Of a DNA stretch of 64,000 nucleotides, positions 1 through 12,039 are shown piece by piece. The position numbers and the translations under genes were made by a program. Source of the stretch: Eledone cirrhosa. Its lineage: Eukaryota. The stretch is from positions 1 through 64,000 of the forward strand of contig CAXHJY010000353.1 of NCBI GenBank assembly GCA_964016885.1. Reading direction: 5' to 3'. Positions within the stretch are counted from its first letter, which is position 1. Each line of letters begins with the position of its first letter. The notes under the pieces were generated by a model. It was not told the origin of the DNA and did no database searches. It saw only the letters and a list, made by a program, of their open reading frames with translations.

Positions 1-199
1 CACACGCATACACAGACTCACAATCAAACACACACATATATACAAACCTACGTAAACACATTTCTAATGAAAGCCTTCTTTCATGACAACGAAAAGACTA
101 TAAACATTAAATTCTAGGATATGTCCACCCCTATACAAAGACAGAAGCATATTTGGATATGGCGCTTAAAATTCATATAAAATAATTCGCAAATTCCAA

Positions 200-745
200 C
201 AGAAACCACAGGAGTTTATAAATACAATAAAGTCCCCCAACGAAGTGTTTTTATTTGCAGAAAAAAGAACAGTTTATATGAGGGTGGAATGAACATTTAC
301 AATACCATCCTACGTGACAATATAAATAAAAACGTATTTAAAATCCCACGATTACTTATACAATGACTTCAGTTCAGAAGGAAAACAAATAGCAAACCAA
401 ACTCCGTATATACAACAAAACAAACTGTAGAGCCATGAAAAATGCATAATTTACGTTGAAAGATCACAAAGGAATATTTAACAGCCTGCCGAAACATAGT
501 TTAATTTACATGCAAATAGTGAACTGTACATGGTTAGCAATTGAATTACTAAATACAATCCTTAGAAAGTAAAGTCCTTCACAAAATGCCATCGATATGA
601 TAAGTTAAGTTAAACAGATCGCTATTTTCCCATGTAACCTCGTAAATTTAACTACCACGTAAATTTTCCATAAAGCTATAGCGTTAGACTGTAAGCTAAC
701 AATTAGAACATTAATGTAGATCAAAACTATAAATAACATTGAAAT
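200..745 (+). pseudogene. Decayed Penelope-like RT fragment (same clade as the 48968-53244 ORFs)
   Basis: Manual translation across stops and frameshifts gives NEVFLFAEK..SLYE (cf. KIHVHSDKTGNLY), FTLKDHKGIFNSLPKHSLI (cf. FNLKDHKSNFNSNPSIRLI), SELYMVS (cf. SDIGIIS) and FHKAIAL (cf. LNKALIF), in the same order as the intact ORF in this window. Confidence 0.7.
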
Positions 746-1646
746 TATTCAACATCATTTAACAACAACGAATAACGGAGCAAAACAAGACGCTTCCACC
801 AGTAACAAGACCATGCAGTGGGATTGGCAACAAAAAGGGCTATTCCTCCAGAGTGACCCGGAACAGATAGATAATTATACCAGTCCTTTATTTTATAGGG
901 ACAACGAGCTGTCTCCCGATACCGGAGCGTGTGCATGGTAGGGGTCTCTCCTGGGTAACTCTCACTCAATCACAGTAGGCATTGACCGTTGCATTGTAGC
1001 ACTAGCATATAGAGCTCTGGCTTAACATTTCCAACACACCCAGAACTGCCCCCACCCCAAGCCAGACTTGTTAGCGGTCAAAGCTTCACTGACACTATTG
1101 CAGATCTATCTAATGAAGCCTTATAAAGGTGTTGGAAATGAAATTGTTCTCAACATCACTATCACCATGATAGAGATATACTGGTTATCTAAGACGATTG
1201 GTACATCCTTCCACCCAAGAAAATCCAATCTAGCATGAACTTGTTAGTAGCTGGTCATCAGAGATTACCACATAGATTGTCCTAGTTGGTCATCACAGAT
1301 CACTCCATGCATTGTAACAGCTTAATTTTCTCTTACAGAAAATTGCCTCTAGTCTTTGTTTTGTAGAATAATCAAGACAGTATAGCCATGAGTAATAGTA
1401 TTACGTCACATCAGACAGACACAAGGTATCTATGGGCTCCTCGACTGTACCGAGACCCTTTGCAAAGTTACCCTAGGACTATAAATCAACCAGCAGCTGC
1501 GTGTGTCTACCAGAAAGCTCGGAATGTGTCTTCGTATAGAAAAGGCTGCGATCTGGTAAGAATGACTTACACACTAAATTGTTTCACGATTGACCACACC
1601 ACCTAACAAGCTACTGTGTGTTGTATGCAAAAGAATTGCAAAGATT

Positions 1647-1742
<96 letters not shown>

Positions 1743-1753
1743 TCTCTCATACA

Positions 1754-1792
<39 letters not shown>

Positions 1793-2269
1793 TATCGATT
1801 GATACATACATATATACTCTCTGTATCTCATATACACACATGCACACATATATATATATATATACTATACATATATTTATAATATACATATATATATATA
1901 TATATATACATATATATATACACACACACACACTTACATACATATATATATTTATTTACTCCAGCATATACATAGCTATAAGTCCTTCTGTGTGTATGCA
2001 ATTGTGTGCTTCAAATTAAAGGTATATAATGAAGTAGTGTTAATGTCACGTAGCTATATTATTGTATAATCCAATAAAATACTTCTCAGATATAAAATTG
2101 CATCACGTAAGTACGATGGAATAGACAATGGTTGTGTGTGTTAGAAATGGCGGGATTGTATCACGACTGGTGTAGAGACATTCTATAGAAATGTCTTCAA
2201 CAGACAAAATGGAATTTATTGTGATAATCCGGTCGTGTTTATATTAGTTATGATACAAGGAATTAAAAG

Positions 2270-2632
2270 AAATAGAGAGTAAGGGACAGATTGAGAAAGA
2301 GAGGTGTAAGAGAGAAAGGGAGAGAGAGAGACAGAGAGAAAGGGGGGAGGAGAGAGACATAGATAAAGAGGGAGAGAGTGAGAGAGAGGGAGTGAGAGGG
2401 AGTAGGAGAGAGGGAGTGAGAGGGAGTAGGAGAGAGGGAGTGAGAGGGAGTGGGAGAGAGGGAGGGAGTAGGAGAGAGGGAGGGAGTAGGAGAGAGGGAG
2501 TGAGAGGGAGTGGGAGAGAGGGAGTGAGAGGGAGTGGGAGAGAGAAGGGGAGGGAGGGTGGGAGAGAGAGAAGGGGGAGAGAGTGAGAAGGAGGGAGAGA
2601 GGGAGAGAGTGAGAGAGAAGGAGGGAGGAAGA
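2270..2632. repeat. GA-rich polypurine low-complexity/minisatellite tract
   Basis: Repeats of gggagtgagagggagtaggagaga-like units. Confidence 0.9.
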
Positions 2633-2696
2633 AAGCCTGATGGAATTTGCGTAGGTGTTTGTTTATGGAAGAGAAACGATATAGGTATACTGCATG

Positions 2697-2729
<33 letters not shown>

Positions 2730-2733
<4 letters not shown>

Positions 2734-2865
2734 TGTCGATCGATTTTCGTCCAATCGGACCGAGGAAACAATGTTTCCATAAGTCTTTCCAATTGCTAAT
2801 ACTATCTATCGGTTGCAACTCCAGTTAGAAGGAGCAACGTGAAATAAAGTGTCTTGCTCAAGGAC
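2730..2865 (-). mobile_element. tRNA-derived SINE family B, partial
   Basis: Reverse complement of the body of the 7397-7615 copy (gtccttgagcaagacactttatttcacgttgctcc...ggaaacattgtttcctcggtccg). Confidence 0.75.
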
Positions 2866-2935
2866 ATACACACAGACACACACATATATATATACGCATA
2901 TATCTATATATACATATAGATATATCTATATATAC

Positions 2936-3012
<77 letters not shown>

Positions 3013-3153
3013 TACATATATCTATATATAAACATCTAGCTATTGAAACGGCCGGAGCTCAGCCGTCGGGCTCCTGATTCTTTTCCCAAATGTAAGTATA
3101 TAATTATACATACACACAGATATAGAGAGATTGGTGATATAAATGTAAAACTT

Positions 3154-3211
<58 letters not shown>

Positions 3212-3219
3212 TTTATATA

Positions 3220-3297
3220 GAGGGTGTCCCCAAAATGTATACAATATTTATTAGAATGCTGTTGAAGTGTGTATACATTTTTGGGGACAATATACTG
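3220..3297. mobile_element. Tiny Tc1/mariner-type MITE
   Basis: Imperfect TIR gagggtgtccccaaaatgtatac / gtatacatttttggggaca..ctg, flanked by TA. Confidence 0.55.
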
Positions 3298-4294
3298 TAT
3301 TTAGGTACATAGATAGACACGTAACTAGAGAGACAATGATGTAACCGGAGAATGTTGAAAAGTTGGGAGGAAATAATGAACTTATTGAAGTTAAACGAAT
3401 GAGTTTCACCTTCCAACAATTTATGAATATTATATGTAATTTTTAAATAATCCACATTGTGTTTCTAGAAGGGTTTGGCATATAAACGATAAACAAAATA
3501 CCTTCGCTTGTCATGCTACTAATAAATTGTGGCGGCTTTCTGGGTGGTTGGGCATGACTGAACTCTTTGTTAAACACCTTTCTTTCATTTCTTTTTCATT
3601 TTGAATGCTCTCTCTCTCTCTCGTTCTTTTCTCTGTTTCTCTTTCACAAGCTTTATATAGATTTATATATATGTGTATATTTGTGTGTATGTGTGTGTCC
3701 GTGTGTGCCTGTATGTGTGAGTGAGTATTTGTGTGTCTGTTCGTATTATATATGCATATATATATATATATATATATACAAATACACCCGTGTATATATA
3801 TATATATATACATACACACCCGTATATATTTATTTTATATATATATATATATATATAAGTTATGGAGAAGACACAAATGAGAAAAAAAGACAAAGTCTTA
3901 TTTGTTTCACGCTTTACAGAAGAGGGAAAAGAACTGAAAAGTAAATTATGTAGTTTGAGTGTGTTGGATGATTATCACACATACCTACACACACATACAT
4001 ATACATGCTACACACTCTGGCGGGCGTACATGTATGTAAATATGTATGTGTCTATATATATATATTGACCATGGAACCGTTATTAAATGTTGATTTCAAA
4101 AACTGAATGTGATATCCTGAATTTTAAAAAAAAAACCTATTTGATCCAGACTTTCGGATGAGTTATGAGATAAACTGAAGTTTCTGGATTCTTGTATGAT
4201 ATCATACATATCGATGATATCTTCTAATCCAGAATTTTAGACCAAACTCCGCTTCATAATGATGTTCGGTTGTTAATCAAAATTCCTTTTTTTA

Positions 4295-4475
4295 ACGTAT
4301 CTTCTCGCTTTTGCTCGACGAGGCCGAGGTCATCCCAATCCGGTGATTCCAGAAACACAATTGTGCTTAGAGCCAACCAGGAGTATCCGGGACTTTGCCG
4401 ACATGCATCAGCGTTGTCTTCGCCCAGCTTACCTTAAGACCAAGCATGGTTGATTCCTCCCAGTGTATGATCATT
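4295..4475 (-). mobile_element. Non-LTR (RTE-like) RT fragment
   Basis: Minus strand reads LGLKVSWAKTTLM, resembling the LGLxIxxxKTK motif of LINE RTs. Confidence 0.4.
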
Positions 4476-4604
4476 TCTAACCTATATAGCTTATTAATTA
4501 CTGTTCAAAAATAATTTATTTAGACTCAAGAAATGTGAAGTTTAATTAGAATTTCTAAATTGTTTCCACAACGAGTTCTTTGGGCGTTGCTAGTCTTTCT
4601 GTGT

Positions 4605-5010
4605 ATCTGTTGCTAAATAATTGTTTCTACTTTAGGCACAAGGCCAGCAATTACCCAGTGCATTACTGGGACTTTATTTTATCGACCCCGTAAGAATGAA
4701 AGGCAAAGTGAACCTCGGCGGGATTTGAACTCAGATCGTAAAGGGACGTAACTATGCTGGAAAGCATGGCGTCCGACCCTCTACCGATACTGCCAATCCA
4801 CCACCCATCTATTGCTAAATAATTGTTTCTACTTTAGGCACAAGGCCAGCAATTATCCAGTGCATTACTGGTACTTTATTTTATCGACCCCGTAAGGATG
4901 AAAGGCAAAGTCAACCTCGGCGGGATTTGAACTCAGATCGTAAAGGGACGTAACTATGCTGGAAAGCATGGCGTCCGACCCTCTACCGATACTGCCAATC
5001 CACCGCCCTT
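4605..5010 (-). mobile_element. Two tandem copies (~202 bp each) of tRNA-derived SINE family A
   Basis: Reverse complement carries a B-box-like gagttcaaatcc, the core gcctttcatccttacggggtcgataaaataaagtacc and an (att)n tail. Confidence 0.85.
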
Positions 5011-6340
5011 AATGATACCTAAGCTACATACGAATATATTCATCTGGTTTCCAGATTAGAATTAAATGACATATGGTGGCTCTGTCGCGATACGTTTTGT
5101 GTTTCTAAAGATTCGTGTGAAATTAAAAGTGCTGCATGAGATTACGTTTGAATCATTCGATTAAAGTCTTCCTGTTTGTCGAGAATGTCACAGTGTGCTC
5201 CGATTGCTTTTGAAAATAGCAATCTAAAAGTTTTGCTCAAAGACTCTCTTTCATTTTCTCCAAATCTTGGATTTATCTCAGCTGACCACATATTGATTTG
5301 TAAGGTATTCAACTCAAACATCTTGTCTGGAAAGGAATTAGATGTTGTCTGGTTGTGGCTTTGTTGATCCACAAAATGAAGATGGTTTGCTGTGTACAAC
5401 AGTTGTGTCATATTGTTGATGATAGTAGTTAAAACTGACCATGATTGATTAAAATATTTTTGTTACTGTCTGTCATTGTCATAACTGAAAATTTCATTTC
5501 CTTAATGGCGTTCACTGCTTCCAAGATATTTTTACCCAAACGATGTGTGTATGTAAGTATCTATGCAAGCATGTATGTATTTAAGTATGTATGTCCGTAC
5601 GTATGTGTGTGTGTGTGTATATATATATCTATATATATATATATATCTACGTAGGTACGTATGTATATATATATATATATTATATATAGGTATGTATGTA
5701 TGTATGTATGTATGTATGTATGTATGTATGTATGTATGTATGTATGTACGTATATATGAATGTATCTATACATGTATATATGTATGTATGCATGTGTCTG
5801 TGTGTGAGTTTTTCTATGTGTCTACACCTCTTTATAGACAAATACCTATACGAACCAAGAGAGACTGAGCGTGTTTGATGCAAAACCGAAACTATAATAT
5901 AAAGATATGTCCATACATAACACATTCGTTAAGAGAATATGTGCTGTTAGAATTTCAAACGCATCCTTTGGCATATAATCTAAGTAGATAAAGAGAATGC
6001 CCAGTGAAGGTGAAAAAAGCAGAAAAAATAGAGTAGCCAAACAGAAAAAACAAGACACTGTAGACAAAAGAGACGACATTAAGATGAAGCAAAGCAAATT
6101 GAAACAGTTGTGGAGTTCTCATATTTCCTTCAAGAGTGGGACTTAAATATTTTATATCATTAGACAATGTTTAATCTATCCATCAATTCCATCAATAATA
6201 TATTAGGATATAAACACTGACAATAGAATAGTATAGTCAGAGAAAGAATAATGCATTGAAAAATGTGTTTACCTAAAGAAAATCGACTTTCTTTAAGGGT
6301 GTTCACCTCTCTGCCAATATTTATTTAGGTCAGCATTCAG

Positions 6341-6371
<31 letters not shown>

Positions 6372-6372
<1 letters not shown>

Positions 6373-7293
6373 TAGCAGAATGGCCCGGCGTTGCTCGGGA
6401 TTCTAAACATAGATTGGCATGTTTATCCCTCCTTTCTGAAAAAGTACAGAGAAGTACGGAATACCTCGGCCTCGGGATGGTATCTACATTGTGTGCTTAT
6501 AAAAAAAATTCGTCGAAGATTACCAGGGGTTTAACTTAATTGGCTGCCTGAAAGTAAAACGTTCAACCCACGAAATCCAAGGCGATAGGGTTAAGTAAAA
6601 AGGCATTCCACAAACCGAACATGTATTTGTTGTGCTATGGTACAATGAAAGCAATAGTTACAGAGCAGTAAGCATGTGAGACTGCAGTAGTGGAGAGTGG
6701 TGTTGTCTTACTCCTTTCAATGTTTCGTCATATGTTCACCAATTGATGCAGAAGTACTAATGAAAAGTGAAGTCGCCTTGGGTGAATAGGCAAATAATTA
6801 CGATTTTTCAAAAGCATGTAATTGCATTCCCTCTCTTTTTTGTTGTTGTTTTTGCTGCTGTTTATATTTTGTTTTTGTGTATGCAATAAAATCTGTACAA
6901 TATATATATATATATTAAAATAACAGATTAAAGTTTAAGCAAAGAATCGCTGCCTTTACCCTTAACGGGATCTTCTGAAACTAAAAAAAATCAATCTGTG
7001 AAGGCAGAAGTAAATATTTCGAAAAACGTTACACACTATATATATATACACACACTTTATATACACACACAGATAGCGTCATAATGTCGTAATACAGACA
7101 GCCAGACATACATACAGATATTATAAGGGCGCGACGTTCGGCGCCTAATGCGGTCCCCAGGGCATTGAAAATGTTTTTGCTCAAACACTCACACGACCAT
7201 AAGTATTACATGTTTAAAGTTTGAAAAAAATCGGTTGTGTGGTTCACGAGTTTTAGGGAGTCGGACAGACATGCTCTGTTTTAGATGTATAGA
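6372..7293 (-). mobile_element. Non-autonomous Helitron
   Basis: Minus strand starts A|TC (atctatac) and ends with a GC hairpin (cccgagcaacgccggg) followed by CTAG|T, the canonical Helitron termini. It sits in a TA tract with no TSD. Confidence 0.7.
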
Positions 7294-7396
7294 TATACAC
7301 ACACATGTACGTATGTATACATATATATATATATATTTGTGTATATATATATATATATGTATACATATATATATATGTATATATATATATATTCGT

Positions 7397-7615
7397 GAAG
7401 GCGTGTGGCTGAGTGGTTAGAGAATTGGATTCGCAATCATGAGATGGTGAGTTCGATCCCCGGACCGGGCGATGCGTTATGTCCTTGAGCAAGACACTTT
7501 ATTTCACGTTGATCCTTCTACCTGGAGTTGCGACCGATAGATAGTACTAGCAATTGGAAAGACCAATGGAAACATTGTTTCCTCGGTCCGATTTGACGAA
7601 AGTCGATCGTTCCTG
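7397..7615 (+). mobile_element. tRNA-derived SINE family B
   Basis: A-box-like tggctgagtggt and B-box gttcgatcc, followed by gtccttgagcaagacacttt. Near-identical copy at 57537-57755. Confidence 0.85.
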
Positions 7616-7908
7616 ATATATATATATGTATACATATATATATGTATATATCTGTATACATATATATATGTATATATCTGTATATATATACATATATATA
7701 TATACATGTATACATCTGTATATATATATATAAATATATGTGTATATATATGTATACATATATATATGTGTATATATGTATGTATACATATATATATGTG
7801 TATATATATATGTTTATATGTTTATATATATTTATATATATATATGTATGTATATACCTGTATGCATATATATGAGTGTATATATATATATGTACGTGTG
7901 TGGGGGTC

Positions 7909-7959
<51 letters not shown>

Positions 7960-8054
7960 GCTGGGTGTATGTGTGTATGGGTGGATATATGTGTATGTGT
8001 GAGTGGGTATTTGTGTAAAAAGGTGACTCTCACAATGCTTGAAATGTAAATGCA

Positions 8055-8460
8055 TAGAGTTACGGCCTTTGCCATTCTGAGTTCAAATCCCGCCGAGGTT
8101 AATTTTGCCTTTCATCCTTACGGGGTCGATAAAATAAAATACCAGTAGAGTTCTGAGTAATGACTGGCCTTCTGCTAAAAGTAGAAACAATTATTTTTAT
8201 TGTTTTTAAGGACACTTAAGTCGATCGACAAGATGCCAGACCTCATTCATTTCCTTACCGAATAGGGTGTGTTTATGTGTCAAATCGAACCAAGGAAACG
8301 ATATTTCCATTGATCTTTCCAGCACTGATATTATCTGTTGGTTGCCTGATAGAAAGAACAACGTGAAATAAAGTGTCTTGCTTAAGGACACACAGTATCA
8401 CTAGGTCTGGGAATCGAACTCAAAACCCCAATTCTCTAACCGCCAAGCAATGTGCCTTCA
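8055..8460. mobile_element. SINE A fragment (+) followed by SINE B copy (-)
   Basis: Family A core at 8077-8145 and family B reverse complement (gtgaaataaagtgtcttgcttaaggacac) at 8363-8392. Confidence 0.7.
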
Positions 8461-8624
8461 AGTAGAAATATTAGATATACTGAAAGAGCTAGTTTATGTA
8501 GTACTATAAGCTAGCCCTAAAATATGGCGTCCCTGTCTTTACAAATATATTTCATTCAAGAGATTTGTAAGCTGACAAATATTATTTTGACGAGGCTAAC
8601 AATTTTATGACGATGGGTAAAATG

Positions 8625-11600
8625 CTGGTGTTGGTGGTAGTGTGGTGTTGGTGGTAGTGTAGTGTGGTGTGGTGTTGGTGGTAGTAAAGTGTGGTGTTGG
8701 TGGTAGTGTAGTGTGATTGTTGGTGGTAGTGTAGTGTGGTGTTGGTGGTAGTGTAGTGTGGTGTTGGTGGTAGTGTGGTGTTTGTGGTAGAGTAGTGTGG
8801 TGTTGGTGGTAGTGTAGTGTGGTGTGCTGTTGGTGGTAGTGAAGTGTGGTGTTGGTGGTAGTGTAGTGTGATTGTTGGTGGTAGTGTAGTGTGGTGTTGG
8901 TGGTAGTGTGGTGTTTGTGGTAGTGTGGTGTTGGTTGTAGTGTAGTGTGGTGTTGGTGGTAATGTAGTATGGTGTTGGTGGTACTGTAGTGTGGTGTTGG
9001 TGGTAGTGTAGTGTGGTGTTGGTTGTAGTGTAGTGTGGTGTTGGTGTTATTGTAGTGTGGTGTTGGTGGTAGTGTAGTGTGGGGTTAGTGGTATTGTAGT
9101 GTGGTGTTGGTGGTATTGTAGTGTGGTGTTAGTTGTAGTGTAATGTGGTGTTGGTGGTAGCGCAGTGTGGTGTTGGTTGTAGTGTAGTGTGGTGTTAGTG
9201 GTACTGTAGTGTGGTGTTGGTGGTAGTGTAGTGTGGTGTTGGTGGTACTGTAGTGTGGTGTTGGTGGTACTGTAGTGTGGTGTTGGTGGTACTGTAGTGT
9301 GGTGTTGGTTGTAGTGTAGTGTGCTGTTGGTGGTACTGTAGTGTGGTGTTCCTGGTGGTGTAGTGTGGTGTTGGTGGTAATGCAGTGTGGTGTTGGTGGT
9401 AGTGTAGTGTGGTGTTTGTGGTACTGTAGTGTAGTGTTGGTGGTAGTATAGTGTGGTGTTGGTGGTAGTGGAGTGTGGTGTTGGTGGTAATGTAGTGTGG
9501 TGTTGGTGGTAATGTAGTGTGGTGTTGGTGGTAATGTAGTGTGGTGTTGTTGGTAGTGTGGTGTTGGTGGTACTGTAGTGTGGTGTTGGTGGTAGTGTAG
9601 TGTGGTGTTGGTGGTAGGGTAGTGTGGTGTTGGTGGTACTGAAGTGCGGTGTTGGTGGTAGTGTAGTGTGGTGTTGGTGGTAACGTAGTGTGGTGTTGGT
9701 GGTACTGTAGTGTGGTTTTGGTGGTAGTGTAGTGTGGTGTTGGTTGTAGTGTAGTGTGGTGTTGGTGGTAATGTAGTATGGTGTTGGTGGTACTGTAGTG
9801 TGGTGTTGGTGGTAGTGTAGTGTGGTGTTGGTTGTAGTGTAGTGTGATGTCGCTGGTAGTGTGGTGTTGGTGGTAGCGTAGTGTGGTGTTGGCTGTAGTG
9901 TAGTGTGGTGTTGGTGTTATTGTAGTGTGGTGTTGGTGGTAGTGTAGTGTGGGGTTAGTGGTATTGTAGTGTGGTGTTGGTGGTATTGTAGTGTGGTGTT
10001 AGTTGTAGTGTAATGTGGTGTTGGTGGTAGCGCAGTGTGGTGTTGGTTGTAGTGTAGTGTGGTGTTAGTGGTACTGTAGTGTGGTGTTGGTGGTAGTGTA
10101 GTGTGGTGTTGGTGGTACTGTAGTGTGGTGTTGGTGGTACTGTAGTGTGGTGTTGGTGGTACTGTAGTGTGGTGTTGGTTGTAGTGTAGTGTGCTGTTGG
10201 TGGTACTGTAGTGTGGTGTTCCTGGTGGTGTAGTGTGGTGTTGGTGGTAATGCAGTGTGGTGTTGGTGGTAGTGTAGTGTGGTGTTGGTGGTACTGTAGT
10301 GTAGTGTTGGTGGTAGTATAGTGTGGTGTTGGTGGTAGTGGAGTGTGGTGTTGGTGGTAATGTAGTGTGGTGTTGGTGGTAATGTAGTGTGGTGTTGGTG
10401 GTAATGTAGTGTGGTGTTGTTGGTAGTGTGGTGTTGGTGGTACTGTAGTGTGGTGTTGGTGGTAGTGTAGTGTGGTGTCGGTGGTAGGGTAGTGTGGTGC
10501 TGGTGGTACTGAAGTGCGGTGTTGGTGGTAGTGTAGTGTGGTGTTGGTGGTAACGTAGTGTGGTGTTGGTGGTACTGTAGTGTGGTTTTGGTGGTACTGT
10601 AGTGTGGTGTTGGTGATGGTGTAGTGTGGTGTTGGTGGTACTGTAGCGTGGTGTTGGTTGTAGTGTAGTGTGGTGTTGGTGGTATTGTAGTGTGGCGTTG
10701 GTGGTAGTGTAGTGTGGGGTTAGTGGTACTGTAGTGTGGTGTTGGTGGTATTGTAGTGTGGTGTTAATTGTAGTGTAATGTGGTGGTGTTGGTGGTAGCG
10801 CAGTGTGGTGTTGGTTGTAGTGTAGTGTGGTGTTAGTGGTACTGTAGTGTGGTGTTGGTGGTAGTGTAGTGTGGTGTTGGTGGTACTGTAGTGTGGTGTT
10901 GGTGGTACTGTAGTGTGGTGTTGGTGGTACTGTAGTGTGGTGTTGGTTGTAGTGTAGTGTGCTGTTGGTGGTACTGTAGTGTGGTGTTCCTGGTGGTGTA
11001 GTGTGGTGTTGGTGGTAATGCAGTGTGGTGTTGGTGGTAGTGTAGTGTGGTGTTGGTGGTACTGTAGTGTAGTGTTGGTGGTAGTATAGTGTGGTGTTGG
11101 TGGTAGTGGAGTGTGGTGTTGGTGGTAATGTAGTGTGGTGTTGGTGGTAATGTAGTGTGGTGTTGTTGGTAGTGTGGTGTTGGTGGTAGTGTAGTGTGGT
11201 GTTGGTGGTAGGGTAGTGTGGTGTTGGTGGTACTGAAGTGTGGTGTTGGTGGTAGTGTAGTGTGGTGTTGGTGGTAATGTAGTGTGGTGTTGGTGGTAAT
11301 GTAGTGTGGAGTTGGGGGTAATGTAGTGTGGTGTTGGTGGTAGTGTAGTGTGGTGTTGGTGGTAGTGAAGTGTGGTGTTGGTGGTAGTGTAGTATGGTGT
11401 TGGTGGTAGTGTAGTGTGGTGTTGGTGGTACTGTAGTGTGGTGTTTGTGGTACTGTAGTGTGGTATTTGTGGTACTGTAGTGTGGTGTTGGTGGTACTGT
11501 AGTGTTGGTGTTGGTGGTAGTGTACTGTGGTGTTGGTGGTAGTATAGTGTGGTGTTGGTGGTAATGTAATGTGGTGTTGGTGGTAGTGTAGTGTGGTGTT

Positions 11601-11846
11601 GGTGGTATTGCAGTGTGGTGTTGGTGGTAGTGTAGTGTGGAGTTGGTGGTAGTGTAGTGTGGTGTTGGTGGTAGTGTAGTGTGGTGTTGGTGGTAATGTT
11701 GTGTGGTGTTGGTGGTACTGTAGTGTGGTGTTAGTGGTAGTGTGGTGTTGTTGGTAATGTAGTGTGGTGTTGCTGGTAGTGTAGTGTTGTGTTGGTGGTA
11801 GTGTAGTGGTGTTGGTGGTAGTGTAGTGCTGGTAGTGTAGTGTGGT
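8625..11846. repeat. 22-bp minisatellite (ggtggtagtgtagtgtggtgtt)n with higher-order blocks
   Basis: Direct periodicity. The variant marker ggtgttcctggtgg recurs at ~9345, ~10215 and ~10983. Confidence 0.95.
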
Positions 11847-12039
11847 TGAACTAGAAGATGCCAGCAGATTCTCTAGGATTAAAAGGCCACATTTAAGTAA
11901 TTAAAGTCATCAATTATTGAATTAAAAACAAATAATGTCGCTCCAGACTCTATGAAAACGCCAATTCCCTGACACTTAGAATGCTATAGTATTGCTGATG
12001 CCAAATATTCGGTACCCCCACCAGCAACCGCATCAACAT

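Noticed and set aside
7397-7470. tRNA gene
   Set aside because: It is a tRNA-like head continuous with a multi-copy SINE body, and I could not form a full cloverleaf.
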